Of a stretch of DNA of 64,000 nt, positions 1-11,453 are shown one piece after another. Position numbers and translations under genes: made by a program. The DNA is from Alphaproteobacteria bacterium. GTDB lineage: Bacteria; Pseudomonadota; Alphaproteobacteria; UBA6615. Each line of letters opens with the position of its first letter. Positions within the stretch are counted from its first letter, which is position 1. The notes under the pieces were generated by a model. That model did not search any database, had not been told where the DNA came from, and saw only the letters and a list, made by a program, of their open reading frames with translations. The stretch covers positions 143,687 to 207,686 of the forward strand of contig JAALLF010000001.1 of NCBI GenBank assembly GCA_011087645.1, read 5' to 3'.

Positions 1-591
1 GCCCTCGACCGGGCCGTCGGGCGCGAGCTGCCGCCGCTCAAACTCGACAATGCGACCTTCAAGAGCGTGATCGAACGGCTACCCGAAACCGCCTGGTCAG
101 CGACCGGCCTCGACGCCGTCGAGTTCCGTATCGCCACCAACCCCGGCAGCGCGCCGGGTCCGCTGGGTAAAATCGCGTCGGGCGGCGAGCTCAGTCGGTT
201 CTTGCTTGCGCTCAAAGTCGTGCTCGCCGACGCCGGCGGCGCGACAACGCTGATTTTTGACGAAGTGGATGCCGGGGTCGGCGGCGCAACGGCAGCCGCG
301 GTGGGTGAGCGGCTGGCCGCTTTAGCCGACGCTTCGGACCGGCAGATATTGGTCGTCACCCACAGCCCCCAGGTCGCCGCCGTGGGCACGCACCATTGGC
401 GGGTCTCGAAAGATGGCGACGGCGCTTCGGTAGTCACCAGTGTCGTCCCGCTTGATGAACCGGCGCGCCGCGAAGAGGTTGCGCGCATGCTGGCGGGCAC
501 GGAAATCACCGACGAAGCGCGCGCCGCTGCCGAACGGCTGCTCGCCGGCGCCGAGGCGCAGATCGCCGCGTCACCGCGCGATGCGGCCTAG
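1..591 (+). CDS. recN: DNA repair protein RecN, C-terminal part (gene starts upstream of the window)
   Basis: Frame open from base 1; IASGGELSRFLLALK signature, LIFDEVDAGVGG Walker B, VVTHSPQVAA and EEVARMLAG are RecN motifs; lies upstream of ligA as usual in alphaproteobacteria. Confidence 0.95.
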   Translation, partial: ALDRAVGRELPPLKLDNATFKSVIERLPETAWSATGLDAVEFRIATNPGSAPGPLGKIASGGELSRFLLALKVVLADAGGATTLIFDEVDAGVGGATAAAVGERLAALADASDRQILVVTHSPQVAAVGTHHWRVSKDGDGASVVTSVVPLDEPARREEVARMLAGTEITDEARAAAERLLAGAEAQIAASPRDAA

Positions 592-622
592 CGCCCCTCG
601 CCCCTCACCCCTCACCACCCTC

Positions 623-1522
623 ATGAAAACCAACGCCCGCGAGTTTACCATCGGCATCGCCTGCGCATTGTCGGTGGTCGTGTTGTGGTCGAGCTTTCAC
701 ATTATTTCGCGCGTCGGCGTGCAGACATCGCTCAGCCCGTTCGATCTGGTGGCCTTACGTCTTGGCGTCGGTGGCGTCCTCATGTTGCCGGTCCTGCTGC
801 GCTATGGCCTGGGGCACCTGCAACTGTGGCAGGCCATCGTTTTGGCGATGCTCGCCGGTCCCGGTTTCGCGCTATTCGCGTTTACTGGCTACCAATTCGC
901 TCCCGCCGCCCATGGCGCCGCGATTTTAGCCGGCGCCATTCCCCTCTTCGCCGCACCATTGGCCTGGATCGCGCTGGGCGAGCGCCTGAGAAGGTGGCAG
1001 ATCGTCGGGCTTATCGTCATTGTCACCGGCGTGGCGCTCCTTACCGGCGACAGCTTCACCGGCCTGACCGGTTTGATCTGGCGCGGCGATCTACTGTTCA
1101 TCTTCGGAGTCGCCGACTGGGCGGTGTTCACCGTGCTGGCCCGCGCCTGGCGGGTCGAGCCGGTACGGGGCACGGCCATGGTGGCGGTGATTTCGATGAT
1201 TACCTATGTGCCCCTACACTTCGCCTTCCTGCCGTCGCGTTTCGACACCGCGCCGCTGCTCGACATCGCCGGACAGGCGGTCTTTCAGGGCTTCTTCAGT
1301 ATGATCATCTCCCTGCTGCTGTTTACCCGCGCCGTCGCCGCATTAGGCGCGTCTTTGACCACCACAATCACCGCCGCGGTGCCCGCCACCGCCACGATCG
1401 CGGCCTTCATCTTGCTGGGTGAACCGCTTACCGGACTCGCGAGCGGCGGCGTCATATTGGTGACCATCGGTATGCTGGCCGCGGTTCTCGGCGGCCGCCC
1501 GGCGGCTGCAAAGACCCCATAA
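623..1522 (+). CDS. DMT/EamA family transporter
   Basis: About 10 hydrophobic segments in two repeats with LGERL and LLGEPL motifs; start placed at ATG 623 (alternative 581). Confidence 0.85.
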   Translation: MKTNAREFTIGIACALSVVVLWSSFHIISRVGVQTSLSPFDLVALRLGVGGVLMLPVLLRYGLGHLQLWQAIVLAMLAGPGFALFAFTGYQFAPAAHGAAILAGAIPLFAAPLAWIALGERLRRWQIVGLIVIVTGVALLTGDSFTGLTGLIWRGDLLFIFGVADWAVFTVLARAWRVEPVRGTAMVAVISMITYVPLHFAFLPSRFDTAPLLDIAGQAVFQGFFSMIISLLLFTRAVAALGASLTTTITAAVPATATIAAFILLGEPLTGLASGGVILVTIGMLAAVLGGRPAAAKTP

Positions 1523-1538
1523 GAAAGCTGCCTGATGA

Positions 1539-3635
<2,097 letters not shown>

Positions 3636-3670
3636 GGTCCCAAAAGTTTCGAATTTAGCGACGCCTTAAG

Positions 3671-3792
3671 CCCCTCTCCCCGCGGGAGAGGGGTTGGGGT
3701 GAGGGGAAATAATTCATCCAGCAACTACTTCGCCGCCTACTTCCCCTCACCCGGTTCGCTTACGCTCACCACCCTCTCCCGGTGGGAGAGGG
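3671..3792. repeat. Composite palindromic REP/RIME-like element between convergent ligA and aminopeptidase P genes
   Basis: Two terminal hairpins CCCTCTCCC-N3/4-GGGAGAGGG plus inner inverted arms GGGTGAGGGGAA / TTCCCCTCACCC; resembles common alphaproteobacterial intergenic repeats. Confidence 0.85.
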
Positions 3793-3795
3793 TTC

Positions 3796-5607
3796 TTAAT
3801 TCAGCGGTTGTGTGACTTCGGCGAGCCAGTTGCGTGTGGTTTCGTCCACCAGCGGACCAATCCCGGTCATCACCCTTGCGTGGTAGGCGTCGAGCCAGGC
3901 ACGTTCATCTGCGCTGAGCAACGACACTTCGATACAGGCCGGGTCGATCGGCGCCAAGGTGAGGGTTTCGAAACCCAGCATCTCCCGCTCTCCCCCCGCT
4001 ATACCGCCGACCGGCACCACGGCAACCAGGTTTTCGATGCGGATGCCGTAAGCGCCTTCCTTGTAATAGCCGGGTTCGTTGGAAACGATCATGCCCGCCT
4101 GCAGCGCCTGCCCTGTACCGGCCTTGGAAATCCGTTGCGGGCCTTCATGGACGCCGAGATAGCTGCCCACTCCATGGCCGGTGCCGTGATCGTAATCGAG
4201 GCCCGATTGCCACAGATATTGCCGGGCCAAGGCATCGAGTTGCCCGCCAGTGGTGCCTTTTGGAAACCGCGCCAGTGCTATCGCGATATGGCCCTTGAGG
4301 ACGCGGGTAAACCGGTCGCGCATCTCCTCGCTGGGCGCGCCGATCGCCACGGTGCGGGTGACATCTGTAGTACCGTCGAGATATTGCGCGCCGGAATCGA
4401 CGAGGTAGAGTTCGTCGGGGCGCAGCGGTCGGTCGGTCTCGGGGCTCACCCGATAGTGCACGATGGCGCCGTTCGGGCCGGCGCCGGAGATGGTGTCGAA
4501 ACTGAGTTCGCGAAACAGATCGCCATCACTGCGGATTTCGGCCAGTTTTTCGACCGCGCCGATTTCGGTGATCTCCCCCTCGGCCGCCGTCGCCGCCAGC
4601 CAAGCCAAAAACCGGGTCAAGGCAGCGCCGTCGCGCCGGTGGGCAGCGCGCGTGCCGTCAAGTTCGACCGCGTTCTTGATCGCTTTCGGCAAGGTCACCG
4701 GGTCCGCCGCCCGGCGAATATCGGCGCCGGCCGCGGTCAGCCGATCGAACACCCACGACGCGGCGGTATCCGGGCAGGCTTGCACCCGCGCGCCGGCATC
4801 ACCCAACCGGTCGAGCGCCGGTCCGAATGCGTCCGGGTCGTGGCAAGCAACGCCGTTGCCGAGATGAGCGATCAGCGCTTGGGAGGTCTTTGCCGGGTCG
4901 ACGAACCAGTCGACGGTGGCGTCGGCGTTCAAAATGGCGAAGCTCAGCGGCAGCGGTGTGTGGGATACATCGTTGCCCCGCACGTTGAACAGCCAGGCAA
5001 TCGAGTCCGGCTGGGTCAGGACGGTTGCGGCGATGTCGCCTTCGGTGAGTTTCTGCGCCAACTCCGCTCGCTTTTCGGTGCTGGCGCGGCCGGCAAAGCG
5101 CAGCTCGTGAGGCACCACCGGGGTTTGGGGCGGCGCCGGTTGATCGGTCCACTCCGCATCGACCGGGTTCGGGTCGACGGCGACGAGTTCGGCCCCGGCC
5201 TTGTCGCAGGCTTGGCGCAACCGATCGACGCCGCGCACCCCGTGTAGCCAGGGGTCATAGCCGAGCCGCGCGCCCTCGCTCAGATTTTCCGCGACCCAAT
5301 CGGTCGCCGGCGCCTCAATAAGATGGTGGAAACTATATAGATCGGCCTTCACCTGATTGCGCACCTGCAGCGTGTAGCGACCATCGACGAAAATCGCGGC
5401 TCGATCAGCCAAGATCACGGCCATACCGGCCGACCCGCTGAACCCGGTCAGCCAGGCCAGACGCTCGGCGCGCGGCGGCAGGAATTCGTTTTGATGCTCG
5501 TCGGCGTGCGGCACGATAAAACCATCGAGACCCGCCGCCGCCAAATGGGCGCGCAAGGCAGCAAGCTTTTCTGCTGGAGTCATCGGGGAATTGTTCGCTT
5601 GGGCCAT
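3796..5607 (-). CDS. Xaa-Pro aminopeptidase (aminopeptidase P family, M24B)
   Basis: Creatinase-type N-terminus; DSGAQYLDGTTDVTRT, HGTGHGVG, VHEGP, SNEPGYY and GIRIEN metal-ligand motifs. Confidence 0.95.
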   Translation of the reverse strand: MAQANNSPMTPAEKLAALRAHLAAAGLDGFIVPHADEHQNEFLPPRAERLAWLTGFSGSAGMAVILADRAAIFVDGRYTLQVRNQVKADLYSFHHLIEAPATDWVAENLSEGARLGYDPWLHGVRGVDRLRQACDKAGAELVAVDPNPVDAEWTDQPAPPQTPVVPHELRFAGRASTEKRAELAQKLTEGDIAATVLTQPDSIAWLFNVRGNDVSHTPLPLSFAILNADATVDWFVDPAKTSQALIAHLGNGVACHDPDAFGPALDRLGDAGARVQACPDTAASWVFDRLTAAGADIRRAADPVTLPKAIKNAVELDGTRAAHRRDGAALTRFLAWLAATAAEGEITEIGAVEKLAEIRSDGDLFRELSFDTISGAGPNGAIVHYRVSPETDRPLRPDELYLVDSGAQYLDGTTDVTRTVAIGAPSEEMRDRFTRVLKGHIAIALARFPKGTTGGQLDALARQYLWQSGLDYDHGTGHGVGSYLGVHEGPQRISKAGTGQALQAGMIVSNEPGYYKEGAYGIRIENLVAVVPVGGIAGGEREMLGFETLTLAPIDPACIEVSLLSADERAWLDAYHARVMTGIGPLVDETTRNWLAEVTQPLN

Positions 5608-5661
5608 GATCGAAAAGCTAATCTCGGGTTATCGGGAACACAATGGGGGTGTCGCAGCCCA

Positions 5662-6561
5662 TCAAATAGGGCGTCTCATGACCAAGGTCGACCAACCGTC
5701 GAGGCGGTAACGCGCGGTGAGAACCAGGCCTTGCTGCCGGTGGGCCGCGATGACCGGGCGTTCCTGGGTGGTCAGCAACCCCGATAGGACGGCATATCCG
5801 CCAGGCAACAGATGGCGGGCGCAGTCGGGCGCCATGCGGGCGATCGGCCGCGCCAAAATATTTGCCAGGATCAGCGCATAGGGACCGGCGCGGCGGATCG
5901 CATGGGCGGCATATCCCCGGCTGCAAATCGGTCGATGCACCGAACCCAGCCGGTTGGTCTGAACGTTGTAGCGAGCCATATCCACAGCAATCGGATCAAT
6001 ATCCGAAGCCATAACCCGCCGGCGCAAGCGAAGCGCCGCGGCCATGCCCAATATGCCGGTGCCACAGCCCATGTCGAGCACCGGCCCGACCTGTAACAGA
6101 CGCGGTCTGCGCGCAAAATGGTCGAGCGCCAGCAGACAGCCCTGGGTCGTGGGATGTTGGCCGGTGCCAAACGCCGTCGCCGCGTCCACCACGATGGTCA
6201 CCGTGCCGATCGGCGCCGGGTCGTCATGATAGGAATCGCGGATCCAAACTCCGCCGACACGAAGCGGGGTAAAACTTTCCCGGTTGACCGCTGCCCAGTC
6301 GATCGAAGGCAGCCAAATCACGTCCAGTGCCGGCATCGCGATTCCAGCAGCCCGCGACGCCGCTTTAATGTCGGCGCTTAACGCCGCTTCATCGGGCGCA
6401 TCGGCGACGTAACCGCGGATCCGCATGGCGTCGCCCGACGGCGCGGGGAACATGCTGATGGCGCTGGTATAGCTTTCAAGAGCATCGGCAATCGCCTCGC
6501 CGGCAGCCGCCGGAACGATGACTTCCACTTTCCAGCTGGGTTGCGCGGCGGGCCCGGTCAC
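5662..6561 (-). CDS. prmA: Ribosomal protein L11 methyltransferase
   Basis: AFGTGQHPTT, LDMGCGTGIL, ANILA, VLSGLL; GTGA overlap with uvrD. Confidence 0.92.
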   Translation of the reverse strand: MTGPAAQPSWKVEVIVPAAAGEAIADALESYTSAISMFPAPSGDAMRIRGYVADAPDEAALSADIKAASRAAGIAMPALDVIWLPSIDWAAVNRESFTPLRVGGVWIRDSYHDDPAPIGTVTIVVDAATAFGTGQHPTTQGCLLALDHFARRPRLLQVGPVLDMGCGTGILGMAAALRLRRRVMASDIDPIAVDMARYNVQTNRLGSVHRPICSRGYAAHAIRRAGPYALILANILARPIARMAPDCARHLLPGGYAVLSGLLTTQERPVIAAHRQQGLVLTARYRLDGWSTLVMRRPI

Positions 6562-8858
6562 ACGGCGTCGGCGGCCACGACAAAACTGTCGAGAACCTTC
6601 TTCTCGCCGGCCTTGTCGAAGGCGATCGCCAATTTGTTGCGATCAATCGAGGTGACTCGGCCATAACCGAATTTCTGGTGAAAGACCCGCTCGCCAACGC
6701 CAAACCCGACCGGCTCAGCCTCGATCAGGGTCGCTTGGGATTCGATCAACGGATCGGACCGCCGGCCACGCCATCCACCGCCCTGTCCACCCCCGGATCC
6801 GAAACTCGACAGCCGACTAGGTGACGCGCCGCCGCCCTCATAGATGCCCGGCTCACTTTCGACCAAGACATGCTTCGACGGCAGTTCGTCGACGAACCGC
6901 GACGGTATCGCGCTTTGCCATTGACCGTGGATGCGCCGATTGGCGGCAAACGAGACGATCGCCGACCGCTTGGCCCGGGTCAGGCCCACATAGGCCAGCC
7001 GGCGTTCTTCTTCCAGTCCCGCCGCGCCGTTTTCATCCATATTACGCTGATGGGGGAACAGCCCTTCCTCCCAGCCGGGCAGGAACACGGTGTCGAACTC
7101 CAAGCCCTTGGCGCCGTGCAGGGTCATGATATTGACCATGTCGGCGCCGGCATTCTCGGTATTCTCCATGACCAGCGAGACATGTTCGAGGAAGCCGCCG
7201 AGATTCTCGAACTCTTCCATCGCCGTGACCAACTCTTTCAAATTCTCCAACCGCCCCGGTGCTTCCGGCGATTTATCGTTCATCAGCATTTCGGTGTAGC
7301 CGCTTTCATCGAGCACCATTTCGGCCAGTTCCGGATGGGGCAGCGCCGCCGGTCCCTCGCCCGAAAGCGCCCGCCAGCGCGAAAAATCCGCCATCACCCC
7401 GGTCAGCGAGCTGCGGGTGCGCGGCTTCAGCTCGTCGGTGGTGACAATCTCGGCCGCCGCCCGGTACAGGCTGGTGCCACCGGCGCGGGCCAGCGCGTGC
7501 AGGGTCTGCACCGTCGCGTCGCCGATGCCGCGCTTGGGCCGGTTGACGATGCGTTCGAAGGCCAGATCGTCGTCGGGTTGGCGCACAATACGCAAATAGG
7601 CCAGGGCATCGCGGATTTCCAGGCGCTCATAAAAGCGCGGGCCGCCGATCACCCGGTAGGGAATACCCAGCTTCAAGAACCGTTCTTCGAATTCACGAGT
7701 TTGAAAACCGGCGCGCACCAAAATCGCCATGTCCTGTAGTGCGATCGGCGTGCCGTCGCGCCCACGGCGCTGTAGATCCTCGATATGGTCGGAGATGAAG
7801 CGCGCTTCCTCCTCGCCGTCCCACAGCCCCCGCACGATGATGGGATCACCGCCCTTGCCTGCTGTCCATAGGGTTTTGCCGAGCCGTCCCTCATTGTTGG
7901 AAATCAGCGCCGAGGCGGCGGCCAGGATCGGCGCGGTCGAGCGATAGTTCTGCTCGAGGCGGACTACCTTGGCGCCGGGGAAATCTTCCTCGAAACGCAG
8001 GATGTTGCCAACCTCGGCGCCGCGCCAGGCGTAGATCGACTGGTCATCGTCGCCGACACAAGCGATGTTGCGATGGCCTTGGGCCAACAGGCGCAGCCAC
8101 AGATATTGCGCGACGTTGGTGTCCTGATATTCGTCGACCAGGATATAGCGAAAGCGCTGCTGATACTCATTGAGCACGTCTTCGTGCTGGTTGAATATGG
8201 TCAAACAGTGCAGCAGAAGATCGCCGAAATCTGCCGCGTTCAGCGTGCGCAGGCGATCCTGATATTCCTCATACAGGGTGACCAAGCGGCCGCCTGCCAT
8301 ATCGCCGGCCTCGGCCGCCGAGACCTTGTCGGGTGTCAGCCCGCGGTCCTTCCAGCGTTGGATCACGCCCATCATCACCCGCGCCGGCCACCGCTTGCTG
8401 TCGATGTCGCTGGCTTCGAGCAATTGCTTTAGCAAGCGCACCTGATCGTCGGTGTCGAGAATGGTGAAATTAGACTGCAGGCCGACCAGTTCACCGTGAC
8501 GGCGCAACATGCGCGCGCCCAGCGCGTGAAAGGTCCCTAGCCAGATAGCCTCGGCCGGTCCGCCGACCAGATCGGCCACCCGCTCGCGCATTTCGCGCGC
8601 CGCCTTATTGGTAAACGTGACCGCCAGCACCTCATAGGGGCGCACTTGGCGGAACCGCAGCAGATGGGCGAGACGGGTGGTGAGAACGCGCGTTTTGCCG
8701 GTTCCCGCGCCCGCCAAGACGAGGGTCGGCCCGTCCAACGCCTCGACCGCGTCGCGCTGCGCCTCGTTGAGTTGCGCGAGATAGGCCGCGCCGGCGGCAA
8801 CACTGTTGGCGGCAGGCGGTTGTGGCTCTTCGTCTTCGATGTGAAACGGATCGGTCAT
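6558..8858 (-). CDS. uvrD: ATP-dependent DNA helicase UvrD/PcrA
   Basis: LAGAGTGKT, VDEYQD, VGDDDQSIY, LEQNYRS, TLHGAKGLEF, EERRLAYVGLTRA; C-terminal tudor-like RVFHQKFGYG. Confidence 0.97.
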   Translation of the reverse strand: MTDPFHIEDEEPQPPAANSVAAGAAYLAQLNEAQRDAVEALDGPTLVLAGAGTGKTRVLTTRLAHLLRFRQVRPYEVLAVTFTNKAAREMRERVADLVGGPAEAIWLGTFHALGARMLRRHGELVGLQSNFTILDTDDQVRLLKQLLEASDIDSKRWPARVMMGVIQRWKDRGLTPDKVSAAEAGDMAGGRLVTLYEEYQDRLRTLNAADFGDLLLHCLTIFNQHEDVLNEYQQRFRYILVDEYQDTNVAQYLWLRLLAQGHRNIACVGDDDQSIYAWRGAEVGNILRFEEDFPGAKVVRLEQNYRSTAPILAAASALISNNEGRLGKTLWTAGKGGDPIIVRGLWDGEEEARFISDHIEDLQRRGRDGTPIALQDMAILVRAGFQTREFEERFLKLGIPYRVIGGPRFYERLEIRDALAYLRIVRQPDDDLAFERIVNRPKRGIGDATVQTLHALARAGGTSLYRAAAEIVTTDELKPRTRSSLTGVMADFSRWRALSGEGPAALPHPELAEMVLDESGYTEMLMNDKSPEAPGRLENLKELVTAMEEFENLGGFLEHVSLVMENTENAGADMVNIMTLHGAKGLEFDTVFLPGWEEGLFPHQRNMDENGAAGLEEERRLAYVGLTRAKRSAIVSFAANRRIHGQWQSAIPSRFVDELPSKHVLVESEPGIYEGGGASPSRLSSFGSGGGQGGGWRGRRSDPLIESQATLIEAEPVGFGVGERVFHQKFGYGRVTSIDRNKLAIAFDKAGEKKVLDSFVVAADAV

Positions 8859-9019
8859 GGGCGAAGCCGATTATATCACGCACAAATCATGAGTCGCCGC
8901 TCCCCCTCAGGCACGCAAACGTTATTCAAACAATCGCGTGATCGCGTATCGGGTGCGCGACTCCAATGCTAGTCTTTATATAGGGGAAGCTGACCCCTGG
9001 CGAATATGGGGACGTGACC

Positions 9020-10069
9020 ATGCTTCATCGACCTGATTTTCCGCGTAAGTCACTGAAAAATTGCGCCTATTCTATCTCGATTCTAGCCGCGGCAATGTTA
9101 TTTGCCAGCGCCGTTGGCGGGGCGTTCGATCCGGCGCGGGCACAATCAAACGACGGCTCAAATAATTTACTCGACGCTGTTGTCGGCATCGACACCCATA
9201 TCCCGAGCAACGCGCGCACCGCCGGAACGCTGGGCACCGAACGCCAGGGTAGCGGCGCGGTGATCTCCGACGACGGCTTGGTGCTGACCATCGGATATTT
9301 GATCCTCGAGGCCAACAGCATCGATCTGACGACCAGCGATGGACGAACGATCCCCGCTAAATTCCTCGGTTACGACCATGCTTCGGGCTTTGGTTTGGTA
9401 CGCGCGCTGAGCCCCCTGGGGGTCACGCCGTTTGAACTTGGCAGTTCCGACGACGCCGCCGCCAGATCGCAGGCGCTAATCGCCAATCGGCTCGGCAAAG
9501 AATCGGTGCAAGGCGTATTCGTGGTCGATCGCCGACAGTTTGTCGGCAGTTGGGAATATTTGCTCGACGACGCCATTTACACATCACCGCCAAACCCCAA
9601 TTTCAGCGGCGCTTCGTTGCTCGGCGCCGACGGCAGGCTGCTAGGGATCGGGTCCCTGTTCGTTGGCAACGCGGCGGTTATCCAGCAACCGGTGCCAGGC
9701 AATATGTTCGTGCCGATCGACGAATTGCGGCCGATCCTCGACGATATGGTCGCCTCGGGCCGGCGCGCCGGCAACGCGCGTCCTTGGGTGGGCATCTTTT
9801 CATCGGAGTTTCGCGGACGCGTTTTCGTTGACCGGATCGCGCCCGACGGCCCCGCCGAAGCCGCCGGCATCGAGCCCGGCGACCTCATCGTTAATGTCCG
9901 GGGCACCCCGGTCGACGATATGGCGAGTTTCCTGCGCGCGGTCTGGAAAGACGGCAAAGCGGGCGACAAGATTGATATGACCGTTCTCACCAAGGGCGGA
10001 GAATTACGCGGTGTAAGCGTGAGTTCCGACGATCGGCAGAACTGGCTGCGGCTCGACCCGAGTTTCTAG
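9020..10069 (+). CDS. Exported trypsin-like (S1C/HtrA-like) domain + PDZ protein; catalytic triad appears degenerate
   Basis: Signal peptide, GSGAVI..GLVLT, C-terminal PDZ (GPAEAAGIEPGDLI); LTIGYL replaces LTNxHV and there is no GNSGG. Confidence 0.8.
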   Translation: MLHRPDFPRKSLKNCAYSISILAAAMLFASAVGGAFDPARAQSNDGSNNLLDAVVGIDTHIPSNARTAGTLGTERQGSGAVISDDGLVLTIGYLILEANSIDLTTSDGRTIPAKFLGYDHASGFGLVRALSPLGVTPFELGSSDDAAARSQALIANRLGKESVQGVFVVDRRQFVGSWEYLLDDAIYTSPPNPNFSGASLLGADGRLLGIGSLFVGNAAVIQQPVPGNMFVPIDELRPILDDMVASGRRAGNARPWVGIFSSEFRGRVFVDRIAPDGPAEAAGIEPGDLIVNVRGTPVDDMASFLRAVWKDGKAGDKIDMTVLTKGGELRGVSVSSDDRQNWLRLDPSF

Positions 10070-10203
10070 CGCCATAATCGGTTCCGGTTAGGCGTGTCCT
10101 TCGGCGCGCACAGCCGATTGTTCCCTATAATCAGCGAGACACACCACCAGCACGCCGACCGCGAGCGTAAATAGGTGCAGATTACGTGGGGTGAAAAATC
10201 TTA

Positions 10204-11283
10204 TTAAGCGACGTTGCGCGCGTCGGCGTCTTCGGCGAGATCGTTCTCCGATTGAACGCAATTGCGGCCCGCATGCTTGGCCGCATACAGCGCGGCATCA
10301 GCCCGGGCGATGAGGTCCTCGTCGGAATCCTCAGCCCGCAACTGGGCAACGCCGATCGACAGGGTCACCGATCCCAGGGTTTGGCGCGACGCTTTCCGAA
10401 CGATTTTTTGGCCAGCCACGGTAACGCGTATCTGCTCAGCGACCGCTTCCGCATCTTGCAAGCTGGCCTCCGGCAAAATGACCGAAAATTCCTCACCGCC
10501 GTAACGCGCCGCTGTATCGCCGTCTTTGGTTTTGGCCGACATGCACCCTGCTACCAAGCGGATCACTTCGTCGCCCAGTTGATGGCCGTAGGTGTCGTTA
10601 AATGCCTTGAAATGATCAATGTCGAGCATCAACAAACAAAGCGGCGCCTTCTGTTCGGTCGCCGCAGACATCCCGTCAGCCAACTCTTCGCTAAAGGCGC
10701 GGCGATTGGCCAGTCCCGTCAGGGGATCGGTTAGCGCCTCGCTGCGGATATCGGCCATGCGGATTTTGAGCTCAGCAATTTCATTGTTCGACTTTTGGAG
10801 ACTCTCGTTGGCGTTGCGATTTTGTTCCACCATGAGGCGGGTCTGTTCGACCAGGTTGGCGACAACGCTTTGCATTTGCTCAGCCGTACCGGCCGATTGC
10901 AAGGCGCCATCGACACCCTCCAAGGTTTCACCGTAGCGTTCGGTTTCCGAACCCGTTTGCTTTAAAATCTCTGTGGTCGCCGCAATCGCTTTTTCCAAAT
11001 CGCCGCCCACCGCATCGATAGCCGCCTCGCGGGTACCCTCTTTATCGCCGAGGCTCAACCGCAGAACCGCGGCATATAAATCGGCGCACTGGGTGTCGTC
11101 GAACGGCTCCTTTTTCGCCAACATGCTATCGATGTGGCGACCAAAGGACGTGTCGAAACCGCTCAGATAGGCGTACCACACCGTAAAGTTCTGTGGATTG
11201 GCGGTAATCCCGAGCTCCGCCATACGCTCGACAGCGCCGGCGGCAAATTTCGCGGCTTCTTTTTGATTTTGGGGATATTCCAC
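10204..11283 (-). CDS. Diguanylate cyclase (GGDEF), DgcB-like soluble coiled-coil type
   Basis: TDPLTGLANRR, DIDHFKAFNDTYGH, RYGGEEF, ADAALYAAKHAGRN; N-terminal NFTVWYAYLSG. Confidence 0.93.
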   Translation of the reverse strand: MEYPQNQKEAAKFAAGAVERMAELGITANPQNFTVWYAYLSGFDTSFGRHIDSMLAKKEPFDDTQCADLYAAVLRLSLGDKEGTREAAIDAVGGDLEKAIAATTEILKQTGSETERYGETLEGVDGALQSAGTAEQMQSVVANLVEQTRLMVEQNRNANESLQKSNNEIAELKIRMADIRSEALTDPLTGLANRRAFSEELADGMSAATEQKAPLCLLMLDIDHFKAFNDTYGHQLGDEVIRLVAGCMSAKTKDGDTAARYGGEEFSVILPEASLQDAEAVAEQIRVTVAGQKIVRKASRQTLGSVTLSIGVAQLRAEDSDEDLIARADAALYAAKHAGRNCVQSENDLAEDADARNVA

Positions 11284-11329
11284 AACGGCCTCTAATCGGG
11301 TTTCTACCCCGTAGTCTTACCCAAGACCG

Positions 11330-11345
11330 GTTAACGAGCTGTTAG
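11330..11345 (-). promoter_or_regulatory. Candidate CtrA-binding site upstream of the diguanylate cyclase
   Basis: Minus strand CTAA-CAGCTCG-TTAAC, one mismatch to TTAA-N7-TTAAC, about 47 bp upstream of the GTG start. Confidence 0.55.
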
Positions 11346-11453
11346 TGAACTAGGTCGATTAGGCACCTGAACGCACCAAATAGGCGGCTTTTACTAAAAT
11401 AGGGCGCATAATGACGGCGATTTAAGCTCGAAAGACCCGTCGAGGAGGCGAGT

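Noticed and set aside
3671..3792. CRISPR-like repeats
   Set aside because: Inverted palindromes with no direct repeat-spacer periodicity and no cas genes in the window
3808..5247. Long antisense and alternate-frame ORFs (for example 3808-5247, 6870-7739, 14522-15475, 44968-46116)
   Set aside because: Shadow ORFs expected opposite high-GC3 genes; no motifs, and each overlaps a well-supported gene
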